From: Octopus sinensis | Taxonomy: Eukaryota | DNA: 64,000 nucleotides | Assembly (NCBI RefSeq): GCF_006345805.1 | Contig: NC_043006.1 | Location: 11,408,001-11,472,000, forward strand | Reading direction: 5' to 3' | In this document: positions 62,505 through 64,000 of the stretch, one piece after another | Position numbering within the stretch: position 1 is the stretch's first letter | How the letters are laid out: the number at the start of each line of letters is the position of its first letter | Translations under genes and position numbers: made by a program | Notes under the pieces: model-generated | Database searches by the model: none | What the model was told of the DNA's origin: nothing | What the model saw: only the letters and a program-made list of their open reading frames with translations

Positions 62505-63000
62505 TATATATATATCATGCTCTTTCTCTTTTTATCTCTCTCGTTGCTCGCACGTGACCATCGTCCATCTTTCTTTTTCTTCACAGACGTTCAAAAGATT
62601 GGACGTTTTCTTTCTCTCGCTTCTATCGTTTCTCTTTTCAAAGAAAATATTTCTCCCGGCATTCACTATTTTCCTCTCGTTCTGGTCTACGCCCCTCCAT
62701 GTTTTTTTCGTTCGGTTTCCTTGTACGTCTCCACTTTTCTGGGGGTTTTTTCTCAAATTTGACCCTCCGTAAATCCTAAACTTTATTTTGGAATTTATGG
62801 GAGCAACTGTCATTGAAGATTCATAATGTCGTTGAATGCTCGAAATGAGGAGTAGACAGACAGCCGACAACTGATGAAGGGTCGTTCTCTATGTTTACTT
62901 GTCCTGTTTTCCATTTTTTTCCCTCATTGTTTGCGTATTTAACTTATTTTTTTTTTGTATTTCATATTGGTTACACAGCTGGCGACATAATGTACCCATA
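62505..63000 (+). repeat. Unclassified interspersed repeat; inverted copy at about 40670-41330
   Basis: Shared blocks CACGTGA.CATCGTCCATC, GGAGCAACTGTC, GACAGCC.ACAACTGATGAAGGGTC, CCTGTTTTCCATTTTTT. Confidence 0.6.
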
Positions 63001-63011
63001 TATTACATACA

Positions 63012-63060
<49 letters not shown>

Positions 63061-63221
63061 CTACATAGTATAAAATCGTACAATATTTTTAAAGATTAAG
63101 AATATTCACTTTGGAAATCCTGCTTCTGGGTAAGCATGTTCCTAAGGTATTTCACGTATCGCAAAAATATTGTAAAAAACTTTTCTTCGAAAACTACTGC
63201 ATTGCTAATAGCAAAATATCA

Positions 63222-63264
<43 letters not shown>

Positions 63265-63813
63265 GCAGTACCAGGCAGTGGCTCTCATGGCTTCTGATCT
63301 TATCTGATTGGAAGTGTTATCATGTACATTGTTTTGTCTTGGTATAAAAGATGGGCTACAAATATTCTGCTCAATACCACAGATTTGCTTGTCAATTGTT
63401 TGACCATAACCAGTTGAGCATGTCCCTTAGTGGTTGACGATATGTACATCTCTGATCACAAGAAGAAGTAGTGGGGAAGCATCATAGCCATGTGTTGAGA
63501 GGAATATTTCGCAGTTTAAATAATCCACCTCTGGAAGCATGGCAGTTTCGTTCAACATTCCAAAACAGCCCTTATTCAGGAACCTTTTGAGCAGGATGAG
63601 CTACTCGACCTTAAGAAAATTTTAACTGGGCCCCACCTGCAAGGTCATGCACTGTTTATCTTGATATGAGATCATCTTGTCGCGCACATATAGTTATGAT
63701 GCATGTGCCTACTGTACCCTTATCAGACGGGTAGTCATGATGGGTATATTGGGCTTCGTATATTTTATCCCAGTGTCAGTTTGATGGCATGCACTGCTCT
63801 CTCTCTCTCTCCC

Positions 63814-63864
<51 letters not shown>

Positions 63865-63865
<1 letters not shown>

Positions 63866-64000
63866 TAGTTGTCAGAGATCAAGAAGAAATAAAATGCTTT
63901 CTAATTGATGTATCAATACCGGCAGATGACAACGTGTCTCTAAAAGAAATGGAGAAACTTTCAAAATACAAAGACCTGGAAATAGAGGTAACCAGAATGT
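63865..64000 (+). mobile_element. Dong/R4-type LINE fragment (restriction-like endonuclease domain) next to (TAA)n; truncated by the window end
   Basis: IVVRDQEEIKCFLIDVSIPADDNVSLKEMEKLSKYKDLEIEVTRM matches the PD..D-type RLE motif; it directly follows (AAT)n at 63814-63864. Confidence 0.8.

Noticed and set aside
62871-62877. CTGATGA hammerhead half-core (also 40700-40706, minus strand)
   Set aside because: No closing helix II plus GAAA or helix I partner nearby.

Overview
Eukaryotic, AT-rich, repeat-dense genomic DNA. The SINE/LINE/microsatellite make-up looks like an octopod cephalopod (inference; no database search was run). The main feature is a complete 15-coding-exon aminopeptidase O (AOPEP, M1 metallopeptidase) gene on the + strand, CDS 472..49801. 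I assembled it by hand: all introns are GT-AG, all phases agree, and it gives 2670 nt = 889 aa + stop with an intact HEXXH(X)18E motif. Downstream and convergent on the - strand is a candidate small secreted Cys-rich peptide gene (53731..56411) that the ORF track misses. Introns and flank are filled with tRNA-derived SINEs, RTE, CR1 and Dong/R4 LINE fragments, non-autonomous Helitrons, TTAA/piggyBac-type MITEs, Tc1/mariner relics, foldbacks and microsatellites. The most notable hidden signals are: (i) minimal hammerhead-ribozyme folds from three unrelated repeat families, including a fully canonical sense-strand one 77 nt into AOPEP intron 1 and a tRNA-headed hammerhead SINE; (ii) the Cys-rich peptide gene; (iii) a 131-bp near-perfect intronic hairpin; (iv) a Helitron-associated, apparently permuted inverted duplication at 57-62.5 kb. 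Most ORFs in the supplied track are microsatellite or repeat artefacts. Repeat coordinates are approximate except where termini or TSDs are quoted.
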